Source of the DNA: Candidatus Comchoanobacterales bacterium
GTDB lineage: Bacteria; Pseudomonadota; Gammaproteobacteria; Comchoanobacterales; Comchoanobacteraceae
Assembly: GCA_965661085.1 (NCBI GenBank)
Contig: CBFIDA010000005.1
Location: 3,134 to 67,133, forward strand
Direction: 5' to 3'
DNA length: 64,000 bases
A program made the position numbers and the translations under genes. How positions within the stretch are numbered: position 1 is the stretch's first letter; each line of letters opens with the position of its first letter. A model generated the notes under the pieces. It saw nothing but the letters and a program-made list of their open reading frames with translations. It was not told where the DNA came from and ran no database searches. Shown here one piece after another: positions 19,566 to 27,808 of this stretch.

Positions 19566-20675
19566 TCAATGGGTTGATTTCATCTCGACTAAGATGGTGT
19601 GACATGCTTTTCGTATTTTGGAGTCGCCCTTGGCCTCTTGAGGCATGTGCTGCAATGTTGCGTGACGTATTTCAAGTTCAATGGTCGACACTTCGACCGC
19701 TGACATGTATCTCAGACGCCCATGTCGTTGTGTGGCATCAAGCCAGTCGCGTGCCCAGTGACCCAATTGTATGGTCAAGGCCACCAACAACACGGCCATG
19801 GGCAAGTAGGTGATGGGATGAAATGGAGCCCCAAAGTACCAAGAGATGGCAGCCAGCACAACCCAAATCAAGGCGATACCAATGAGCACTTTGTAGATCA
19901 TTTGCTTTCTTGGCAGCCAAGGGGTCGGTTGTGCATGACCTTTGGCATCCAGGGTGTGTGATCTGGACGATGGTGGGGCGGTGATGCTTTGGATGCCTTT
20001 CAGTGTCTGAGGCATACGCATTGCCATCCAGATGCGCAAAACATCTTTGGCCAGCACCATCTCACGAAAAGCTTGCGGGATGGCCGCACGAATGGTTGTG
20101 GTGCCAGACCACCTGGTATTGATACCAGGCCAATTTCCCACCTTGGCATCTTTGTTGGTGGCCAGCGCACACAATTTTGTGAAAATGGCGAGGGGTTGAG
20201 CACTTTGATGCAATGCCAAACCAATGTAAGCCCGTATCAAATGTCGCGGTTCTTTTTCGATGGCTTGCAGCTGTGCTCAAGCTGTTTTCCAATCTTTCGT
20301 TTCTTGGTTGGGCATGTGGTACACTTGGTGCTGCTTCCCTGGTTTACGCAGGGTCAAGGATCTAAACCGTTTGGGGTATGCCAGCATATAGGGCATCCAA
20401 GTGATCCAGGCAGTGCCATAGCGCACCAGATGGTCATCGGGTTTGAGGCTGAACCAATGCGGCGTGAAACAGTCCACTTTGATGGTTTTTTCTGCCTCAT
20501 GCCAAGTCTTGTGTGTGCGCATTTGTACCAAATGCCCTGTGTTCAAGCCCTGAGTGGTGCCTGTCTGGGATGACAGTTTGTGGTGTTTAAAAACCATTTT
20601 GTAAGCGTGCTGAAAGGCACAGTTGTGTGCTTTGAGGCACTGTTTAAGCTTTTCTAAGTCAGACATACGATGCAT
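19566..20675 (-). pseudogene. 369-codon reading frame interrupted by one in-frame TGA (20277-20279); unknown function, C-terminal half with hydrophobic hairpin
   Basis: Tracked ORFs 20277..20675 and 19566..20240 are in the same frame. The 12 codons between them (AQLQAIEKEPRH) are open, and the M at 20240 is actually a TTG codon. Confidence 0.55.
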
Positions 20676-21019
20676 GATTTATAAAAAAATAATCCTAACA
20701 TGCAGTCACTTCCTGTGCAACACAGCAATCATCGAGGCTTCCTTTTTACCGTGATGACCAAAAAGAATGTAGGTAGAAAGTGGGTGAAAAAGCCGAATGA
20801 TCCTTGAGGGCTTACAAGGGAAGGCCGAAGGCCGGTTGCTGATATTTGTATTGAGGCCCCAAGTCAGCCAGTCGAGGTATGACAGCTGGCGAGATCAGTT
20901 TCTTTCAAACATGGGTCAAGTGTTTGCAATTAAGAAGATTGACCAGCGTGAAGCCTATCAAAATCTTCAAATTGAAAGTTTTGAGCAACTCAAGCTGGAT
21001 ATGGGCGTTAAGTCCCTCG

Positions 21020-22564
21020 TTATTCTGGTGAATAATTGTTCTCCTGCGTCGAACCAAACTGCATGCTTTCTTGGCTTGTTCGGGCGGCTTTAATACGCTC
21101 GGATGGCGTCTTGTTCATTGCGTTTTTTAGGCTTTCTAAATTATCATTATTCGTCGAATCAGTTGTAAATGCGTAACACGCTTTTTTGCGCGCTTTGCCA
21201 GACGCTGTCAACAGGGAGGTGTTTTTCATTCCTAGATACTTTTTGGTGTGGCCAACCTTGTTGTAAAGGGCAAGCAATCGTTGCACCAACTTTTTAAGGA
21301 CTGATGGTTCTTCACTTGGATTCTGTGTGGCATCTTCGCTCTTTCTGTCATTGAGCGCCTGTCTGACAGAGTTTTCCAGTGTTAAAATCTCTTCAGAAAG
21401 ATTGGTATGTTCCGAATGGTATCGTTTTTGTTGCGAGGTTGCCTTGGTTTTAAGGGCTTGTAATTGTTTGGTCGATGATTCAATTTCATTTAGCTTGCGT
21501 TTTTTGTCTAGAATGGACACGTCCTTATAGGATGATTGTTCGTTGAGTTTTTTACCTAAGAGTTTATGAAGATGCGTCAATACCTTCACGCGTTGTGCTT
21601 TAGGAAAGGCCTGTTGGATGAAAGTTTTGCGCTTGTGCTGAGCTACTTGAGAAAAACTGTCTCCTAAGCAGCGCCTGAAATTGGCTGTGGTGACCATGAC
21701 CTCTGTTGCCAGTTTGCCCTTTTTATCCATTTTTTTATAGGCTTCGGTTTTTTTAAGTGCATTGATTTGTTTGTCATTGATGGTTTTGAATTCCTTTGCG
21801 AATTCGGCATCTAGCTGTTGATTTGGAGTGATTGCAGCGATGGCACCGGTGTCGACAATGGTGTCCACTTGATTGTAATGATTGGTGAATGCATACTTTT
21901 TAAGCATTGGTTGCTTGAGATCATTGAATATTTGACGTGTGAACTCGTCAGATTGTGCGGCCAGATCATAAGTTGGGCATGTGCCATTTTTGATTGCGTC
22001 AGCAAGCTTACCATTGATCATGCCAGTAGGGCGTCCGGCTGTAAAAGAAATGCCTTTCTTGGCATTCGGCGACTGGCATACTTTTTGTGCACGCTGTGAA
22101 GAAGACAGTTTGCTTGATGCTGAAATCTTTTTGACGCTTCCATCAGCACCAAACGTGATGCCATCATCTTGGCCTGGGTCAAAGGATGGGTCGTTTTCGA
22201 TTTCTTTCAACACTGGATCGTTTTCTGGTGTGCGTACCTTATGTTTATCAGCGGCTTCCTTCTTGATTTCCTTATAAACCTCTAGCTTGGTTTGGCGGTG
22301 CAGTGTCATGAATGCATCCTCATCAACCTTTTGCTTCCATTTGGGATATTCTTTAGAGGCTATTTTGGCTTTAAGACATGCTATGTAATATTCTTTTGCT
22401 GCTGCTAAAGCACTCTGATTTTCTTTTTTCTTATCATCTGACCCAGCAGCGCTTTCTGAGATCTTTCTGGGTGATTGTACCTCCCTCTCTGTTGGGGGAT
22501 TTACCATGTCCAGCAGTTTGGTTGCCAATAGGCTTGAGATCTTCAGTTTGGGTTTGTTGGCCAT
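21020..22564 (-). CDS. orphan Lys-rich, coiled-coil-like 514-aa protein (candidate secreted effector)
   Basis: A long open frame persists in A+T-rich DNA. A heptad-like stretch reads KLNEIESSTKQLQALKTKATSQQKRY...EEILTLENSVRQAL. There is no signal peptide and no recognisable enzyme motif. Confidence 0.7.
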   Translation of the reverse strand: MANKPKLKISSLLATKLLDMVNPPTEREVQSPRKISESAAGSDDKKKENQSALAAAKEYYIACLKAKIASKEYPKWKQKVDEDAFMTLHRQTKLEVYKEIKKEAADKHKVRTPENDPVLKEIENDPSFDPGQDDGITFGADGSVKKISASSKLSSSQRAQKVCQSPNAKKGISFTAGRPTGMINGKLADAIKNGTCPTYDLAAQSDEFTRQIFNDLKQPMLKKYAFTNHYNQVDTIVDTGAIAAITPNQQLDAEFAKEFKTINDKQINALKKTEAYKKMDKKGKLATEVMVTTANFRRCLGDSFSQVAQHKRKTFIQQAFPKAQRVKVLTHLHKLLGKKLNEQSSYKDVSILDKKRKLNEIESSTKQLQALKTKATSQQKRYHSEHTNLSEEILTLENSVRQALNDRKSEDATQNPSEEPSVLKKLVQRLLALYNKVGHTKKYLGMKNTSLLTASGKARKKACYAFTTDSTNNDNLESLKNAMNKTPSERIKAARTSQESMQFGSTQENNYSPE

Positions 22565-22682
22565 GACATGTTCCTCACGTTCGGTTTTTGATTATAGTAT
22601 GTCTGTTTTATAAATGTTGTTGGGATGTGGCTATTTATTGTTTCAGTTTAAACCATCAGTCTTAATCTTTTGTGAAGGCCCA

Positions 22683-25178
22683 TCACGTATGTCTCATTTT
22701 ATTTTCCACTTGCGACTTACGTTCGGCGGGGTTGAGGAATGAGCCCTCCTGAGCTACCCTTGTGCCTTGCACCTGGTTTTGTTTTAGTTCCGCGGCAGTC
22801 ATGGCAGGTTTGCCCGTTAACGGATCACCAGATTTGGATATGAAGATGCTGTTGGTAATGATATTTTTAAGTTTTGTGCGTTCTTTACCTAGTAACAATG
22901 GTGACTTTTCAATTTGTGTTTGTATTGCGCGGAGCCACTGTTGGTGGTGCCACGCCATGAGTAAGGTTTGGGGGGCATTCACTGAGGATTGGTCTGATGG
23001 CATTTTTTCCCGATACGCTTCCAGTGAGGTTTGCAAAGGTTTGTTTTCTTCATCTATGCAGCCCTCGAGTTTTTTGGCTTCCTGTTTGATGTATTGCAAG
23101 AGTGGCGCTATCTCATTAGATTTGGTTTCTAATCCATAATCTTTATATTCCATCAAGAACGCACAGTACTTTACCAATTTTTCGATGGGTTGGGGTTCGA
23201 TGGGGCCGGTTTTGCCCAAAAAACCATCGAACCAGCGAATCTTCTTCCTGGTGGGAGCGTCTGGAGCTTGAAGGCCTTGTTTGCCTTGTATTTCTTTCGC
23301 GGTGTTCGCCCACTTTCCGTTTTTAAACTGATATAGAGTGCCCTCAGGGTCTATCCCCTTCAATCTGGCCCATGATTGGCTTATGGTTGTTTGCAGTGCA
23401 CCAAGCGATGCTTCCGCATCTTCCCGGGAGATCTCGTTGGACAATCTTTCTTTTTGCTCTGATCCTTTCCGTGAGTCGGCTGAAGTGAATATGCTTTTTT
23501 GTTCTGATTTTGATTCGTCTCTTGCTTCTTGTCCCCCATGTGATTTGGATGTCTTGTTCGCAGCACTGAGTTTAGAAAAAAAAGTATAAAGGGCATCCAG
23601 TGCAAAAAATGGAGCTAGAATGACCCCTGTGGCGGCTAAAATTATGTTGAAGTTACCGCTTTTGAAACTCCGGATTTCACGGTAAACCGACGGTTTTCCT
23701 TCTGTAATACCATGGTAGATTAGATGAAGTGCTAAGCATGGTGAGAAAACAATAAGAAGAAAGGTTTTAAAGGGGTTGGTGATGATTGCTGTAAGGTTTT
23801 TCCAAATGAAGGTACCCAGCCAGGCGATGCCTCTGCCCAATGCTTTGATGCCTGCCCAGACTTGGATGCCAAGCCAGGCGATGCCTTTGCCCAATGCTTT
23901 GATGCCTACCCAGACTTGGGTGCCAAGCCATTTTAAGTTTTCTTTGGTTTTAAAGCGCCAGGAGGCCTCATATTGTTTTTGTGCTGCATTGCTCAAGAAC
24001 GTTGAGGCGTCCTTTTGTACCTGTGTGAGGTCCAGACTCAATATGTGCTTGATATGGGCCTGACACAAAATCGTTGGAAGCTTTGCTTCCTGTAGATCAA
24101 GGGTGTGTTGGCGCAATGCATCCAATGCAACTTGGCCAGCCTGAGTCAATAGGCCATGATCATGGAGCTCCGATAGGGTCGCCATCAGACGCAGTTGGTC
24201 TTCTTGGCTTGTTTTTTCATCGTCTTGGGCAAGTCGACCCGCAAGTTCATCCACTTGTTGTGTTTTGATGAGGGCATGATGGTATTGTTCGTCTTGATTC
24301 AATTCCTGTAAAATCTGTTTGGCCTCGGTGCTGAATGGCCAAAAGTTCAGCCATGGTTTTGCGGTCGGTTTTTTGGGCATGTGGTAGAGTGCACTTTCAT
24401 TCGTGGGGGTGTCGAGCTCAAACCTCATCTGGTTGGGTTGGGGGCCGAGACCCAGTGCAGCATCAAGCACTGCATCGATGGTGCTGTTGTTGGGACCCAG
24501 CCACCCTCGGAAGTGGTTTTTGGTGGCCTTTCGGATGGCATCAATTTTATTTTTTAAGAGGCGTTGTGTTTGATTTTGGGACAGCATCACTGCTTCGATC
24601 CAGGCGATCATTTTTATTCGGATGGTCATCGGCGCATTGATTTTGTTCAATTCTGTTTCGGCAGCTGCTATGATTTTATCTTTATTGTTTTCCTCACTGA
24701 GCATGTATGACCGATCACCTATTGTGATTGATTTGGATGGTTGACCGGTCAATCGAGAACGTATGAGCCGTGACAGCAGAATGTCGTTGTCTCGATGACA
24801 TTTGGTTTTAAACAGTAAGGCTGTTCTTTTCTTCGGCGCCTCAGGCACGGACACCTTGTGCTTTTTCACAATTGTTTGACCCCATGTTTCACCTCCTAGT
24901 TTTGACAAATTGAAGCAATTGTCAGAGTTTACCAAAGCATCCTGGCACACGGGGTCATCTGTTGTGCTGTGCATATATGCTACAATGGCTTTCGCCCTTT
25001 TTAGTATTTTTTGTTGGGGTGATGTATCTTTGAGCGATTTGGACTCTTCTTCTTTGCCAGCTACTTTTTCATCTTGGCCTGGATCTTGCGGGCCATCATT
25101 GTTTTGGAGTGAGGCCATAAACGCCTTTACCCATGAATCATAGTGTGTGTTGCGGGCCTTTTGTTTGGGCTGGTTCAT
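22683..25178 (-). CDS. orphan 831-aa protein with central W/G tandem repeat and two hydrophobic segments (candidate membrane-inserted effector)
   Basis: The start is set at ATG 25178 (MNQPKQKARN...). Further upstream the tracked ORF runs antisense through rplM. See the repeat feature below. Confidence 0.7.
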   Translation of the reverse strand: MNQPKQKARNTHYDSWVKAFMASLQNNDGPQDPGQDEKVAGKEEESKSLKDTSPQQKILKRAKAIVAYMHSTTDDPVCQDALVNSDNCFNLSKLGGETWGQTIVKKHKVSVPEAPKKRTALLFKTKCHRDNDILLSRLIRSRLTGQPSKSITIGDRSYMLSEENNKDKIIAAAETELNKINAPMTIRIKMIAWIEAVMLSQNQTQRLLKNKIDAIRKATKNHFRGWLGPNNSTIDAVLDAALGLGPQPNQMRFELDTPTNESALYHMPKKPTAKPWLNFWPFSTEAKQILQELNQDEQYHHALIKTQQVDELAGRLAQDDEKTSQEDQLRLMATLSELHDHGLLTQAGQVALDALRQHTLDLQEAKLPTILCQAHIKHILSLDLTQVQKDASTFLSNAAQKQYEASWRFKTKENLKWLGTQVWVGIKALGKGIAWLGIQVWAGIKALGRGIAWLGTFIWKNLTAIITNPFKTFLLIVFSPCLALHLIYHGITEGKPSVYREIRSFKSGNFNIILAATGVILAPFFALDALYTFFSKLSAANKTSKSHGGQEARDESKSEQKSIFTSADSRKGSEQKERLSNEISREDAEASLGALQTTISQSWARLKGIDPEGTLYQFKNGKWANTAKEIQGKQGLQAPDAPTRKKIRWFDGFLGKTGPIEPQPIEKLVKYCAFLMEYKDYGLETKSNEIAPLLQYIKQEAKKLEGCIDEENKPLQTSLEAYREKMPSDQSSVNAPQTLLMAWHHQQWLRAIQTQIEKSPLLLGKERTKLKNIITNSIFISKSGDPLTGKPAMTAAELKQNQVQGTRVAQEGSFLNPAERKSQVENKMRHT
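23806..23929 (-). repeat. 54-nt in-frame tandem repeat (2 full copies plus partial flanks)
   Basis: GCCAGGCGATGCC...CCCAGACTTGG recurs at 23818 and 23872. It encodes GIKALGKGIAWLGIQVWA and GIKALGRGIAWLGTFIWK. Confidence 0.85.
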
Positions 25179-25382
25179 GATGCGCTCTGTTGTTTTTTGA
25201 ATTATAGGCTTGATGCTGAAAAATTGTTGTTTTTTAGAATCATGATGGCATGAAAAAATGAAGTGTGCCTTAAGTGGGGCATGGATCGATGTGCGTGCAT
25301 GCATGTGGAGAAAGTTTGTTAAAAAGCTTGTTTTGTTGGTCGATGTCCTGTATGTTACTTCTATTTTCTGTGGAGAAAAACG

Positions 25383-25832
25383 ATGCGCGTTACTGCAAGT
25401 CCTAAACCAGGCCAAATCGATCAGTCCTGGTATGTGCTTGATCTGGCTCAAACAGACATCAGCTTGGGCCGTGTGGCCACAGCGCTTGCCAGAGTCTTGA
25501 TGGGCAAACACAAGCCTGCTTATGCCGAGCATGTTGACATCGGTGATTACGTTGTGGTTCTGAACACTGCTCAAGCCACGGTTACAGGCAACAAGCGCCA
25601 AGGCAAAGTTTACAACTGGCATACCGGTTATCCTGGTGGCATCAAAGAAGCAACATTTGATGAAATGGTGGCACGTGATCCCAACAAGGTGTTGCGTTTG
25701 GCTGTCAAACGCATGTTGCCAAGAGGGCCGCGTGGACGAGCCATGCTCAAGAAATTGAAGCTTTTTGCCGCCAATGATCACCATCATCAGGCACAAAAAC
25801 TGGTCACATTCCCGTTTTTGTCCGATAAGTGA
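25383..25832 (+). CDS. rplM: 50S ribosomal protein L13
   Basis: WYVLDLAQTDISLGRVATALARVLMGKHKP...HTGYPGG is full-length L13. Confidence 0.96.
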   Translation: MRVTASPKPGQIDQSWYVLDLAQTDISLGRVATALARVLMGKHKPAYAEHVDIGDYVVVLNTAQATVTGNKRQGKVYNWHTGYPGGIKEATFDEMVARDPNKVLRLAVKRMLPRGPRGRAMLKKLKLFAANDHHHQAQKLVTFPFLSDK

Positions 25833-25883
25833 TGCGTCCGATCATCGTACTTCAACACACACCAATAACAGAGGAGTCCAACC

Positions 25884-26633
25884 ATGTCTCAAAAGAAAAC
25901 CGAAGTTGATCAAAAAACAGAAACCAAACCCAAAGCCGCAACAAAGAAAACCGTTGCCAAAAAACCTGCTGCAGCCAAAAAGGCCACTGCTGAGAAAAAA
26001 ACCAGTGTGAAAAAGCCAGCGGCAAAAAAAACCGAAGCCAAAGCAACCACCAAAAAGCCAGCGGCAAAAAAAACCACCAGTGCTTCAAAAACCGGTGCAC
26101 TGCTTGACAAAACCATGGCTGCCGAAATGACGGCCACGGTCAAAAAAACCGCTAAAAAAACCACACCTCAGAAAAAAACTGCATCGATTTACATCTCTGC
26201 TATCGGACGACGTAAGACTTCCGTAGCGCGTGTATACATCAAGCGTGGTTCAGGCCAAATTTTGGTCAATAAAAAGCCATTGAACACCCAATTCACAGAA
26301 ACCTCCAATCAATACCATCTCATCCTAAAGCCCTTGGTTGATCTGGATGTCATGGATCAATTTGATGTGGTGGTGCGTGTGCGTGGCGGTGGTAAAGCAG
26401 GGCAGGCTGGCGCCATTCAATTGGGCATTGCCAGAGCATTGGATCGTTTTGAATTGACAGATTTGGGGCTTGAGTCTTCTACACACGAAGAGCAGTTGGC
26501 GATGTTGCCATCAAGGCCATGGCGTGTGGCCCTGAAACAACTTGGTTTATTGACACGTGATGCACGCATCATTGAGCGTAAGAAGTTTGGTCTTCGTAAA
26601 GCGCGTAAGAAAGAGCAATATTCAAAACGTTGA
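25884..26633 (+). CDS. rpsI: 30S ribosomal protein S9 with ~100-aa Lys/Ala/Thr-rich N-terminal extension
   Basis: GAGGAG lies 7 nt upstream of ATG 25884. The S9 core runs from GRRKTSVARVYI to GLRKARKKEQYSKR. The frame stays open through AKKPAAKKT repeats. Confidence 0.9.
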   Translation: MSQKKTEVDQKTETKPKAATKKTVAKKPAAAKKATAEKKTSVKKPAAKKTEAKATTKKPAAKKTTSASKTGALLDKTMAAEMTATVKKTAKKTTPQKKTASIYISAIGRRKTSVARVYIKRGSGQILVNKKPLNTQFTETSNQYHLILKPLVDLDVMDQFDVVVRVRGGGKAGQAGAIQLGIARALDRFELTDLGLESSTHEEQLAMLPSRPWRVALKQLGLLTRDARIIERKKFGLRKARKKEQYSKR

Positions 26634-26685
26634 TTTTTTGGTGTGCATGCTGCATGCACTGGTCATTCATTGGAGCTGAGTCGCC

Positions 26686-27315
26686 ATGTCAACCCTTGTG
26701 AAACGTTCATCGATGACGTTGTTTTCAGATCCCTCAGATGCACACAGCCATCAAGTGCGCATGGTTTTGGCAGAAAAAGGCATCACCGTCGACATCTTTC
26801 ATGTCGAGCCAGGTACCACAAACGAAGATTTGCTGCAGCTCAACCCTTCGCATCAGTTGCCTACGTTGGTGGATCGAGATTTGGTGTTGATGCATGCGCG
26901 CATCATCATGGAATATCTGGATGAGCGCTTCCCCCACCCACCGTTGTTGCCTGTGTATCCCATCGCTCGTGCAAAGTCTCGGCTGTTGATACAACAAATC
27001 CATGAAGACTGGTATCCACATTTGATGAAGTTACAAGCCAATGCAAACGACAAAAAGGCTTTGTCTGATTTGATGGATCAATTGTTGCAGGTCAATGCCT
27101 TGTTCGGACAAATGCCATTTTTCCTCAGCCAAGAGTTCTCGATGGTCGATTGTTGCATTGCGCCATTGTTGTGGCGGTTGCAAGGACTTGGCATCACATG
27201 GCCAAAGGGATCTGAGGCAATTCAGGCCTACATGCACCGTGTTTTCGAACGCAACAGCTTCCAAGCTAGTCTTTCTGAAATAGAATTTGATATGGTGGAT
27301 GAACTCGAAGTTTGA
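26686..27315 (+). CDS. sspA: stringent starvation protein A
   Basis: It has a GST fold, with MTLFSDPSDAHSHQVRMVLAEKGI...LPTLVDRDL, and is colinear with E. coli SspA. It follows rpsI, as in E. coli. Confidence 0.93.
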   Translation: MSTLVKRSSMTLFSDPSDAHSHQVRMVLAEKGITVDIFHVEPGTTNEDLLQLNPSHQLPTLVDRDLVLMHARIIMEYLDERFPHPPLLPVYPIARAKSRLLIQQIHEDWYPHLMKLQANANDKKALSDLMDQLLQVNALFGQMPFFLSQEFSMVDCCIAPLLWRLQGLGITWPKGSEAIQAYMHRVFERNSFQASLSEIEFDMVDELEV

Positions 27316-27334
27316 CCGCATTGTGGAGCACACC

Positions 27335-27775
27335 ATGACAATGACCTCAAACCGTTCCTACTTGACTCGAGCCATTCGGGACTGGATCAATGACAATGGC
27401 CTGACACCTCACGTTGTTGTCGATGCATCTGCCGAAGGTGTTGAGGTGCCGGTAGAGCACATTGACGATGCCCAACAAATCGTTTTGGATGTGTCAGAAA
27501 ACATGGTGCGCAATTTTGAGTTGAACATGACGCATCTCTCCTTTGATGCCGCTTTTCCTGGTGTGATTTACCACATACACGTGCCTGTATCGGCCATCAT
27601 GGCCATCTATTGTAAGGATAATGGCCAAGGCATCGTCTTTGAGGAAGAAGAAGAGTGGGACATGCCTGCACCAACCACACCGCATTTTCAAGCGTTGGAG
27701 GGCGGGGCAACCGATGATCCCAGTGACACACCACCAAAGCCCAAGGGCAAGCATCATCTCAAAATCATCAAGTGA
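27335..27775 (+). CDS. sspB: ClpXP adaptor SspB
   Basis: SNRSYLTRAIRDWINDNGLTPHVVVDA... is followed by an acidic linker and a C-terminal HLKIIK ClpX-binding-like tail. Confidence 0.9.
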   Translation: MTMTSNRSYLTRAIRDWINDNGLTPHVVVDASAEGVEVPVEHIDDAQQIVLDVSENMVRNFELNMTHLSFDAAFPGVIYHIHVPVSAIMAIYCKDNGQGIVFEEEEEWDMPAPTTPHFQALEGGATDDPSDTPPKPKGKHHLKIIK

Positions 27776-27808
27776 TTCACACCAATGCGTTGAAATGTAT
27801 TTGGTTTT

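Larger units (their letters stand above)
20680..25380. other. A+T-richer patch 1 carrying two large orphan genes
   Basis: There is a visible drop in G+C. One spot-counted 60-nt line has 20 G+C, against 35 in one lysS line. Translations are Lys/Asn/Ser/Ile-rich. No mobility genes are present. Confidence 0.5.

Noticed and set aside
20277-20279. The in-frame TGA, considered as a selenocysteine codon.
   Set aside because: By eye I could not find a convincing SECIS-like stem-loop in the roughly 45 nt downstream on the coding strand. Nothing in the protein context suggests a redox active site. A pseudogene or a sequencing error is more parsimonious, though this is not formally excluded.
20797-21093. 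A 98-aa plus-strand ORF in the spacer before the 514-aa orphan.
   Set aside because: It has no clear RBS, and its last 74 nt overlap the convergent 514-aa gene. Nothing distinguishes it from chance.
25179-25796. The N-terminal 206 codons of the tracked 1037-aa ORF (22683..25796).
   Set aside because: This part runs antisense straight through rplM (25383..25832) and its upstream region, and its translation is Cys/His/Phe-rich junk. A clean Met (MNQPKQKARN) at 25178 starts the Lys-rich protein-like part, so the gene is trimmed to 22683..25178.
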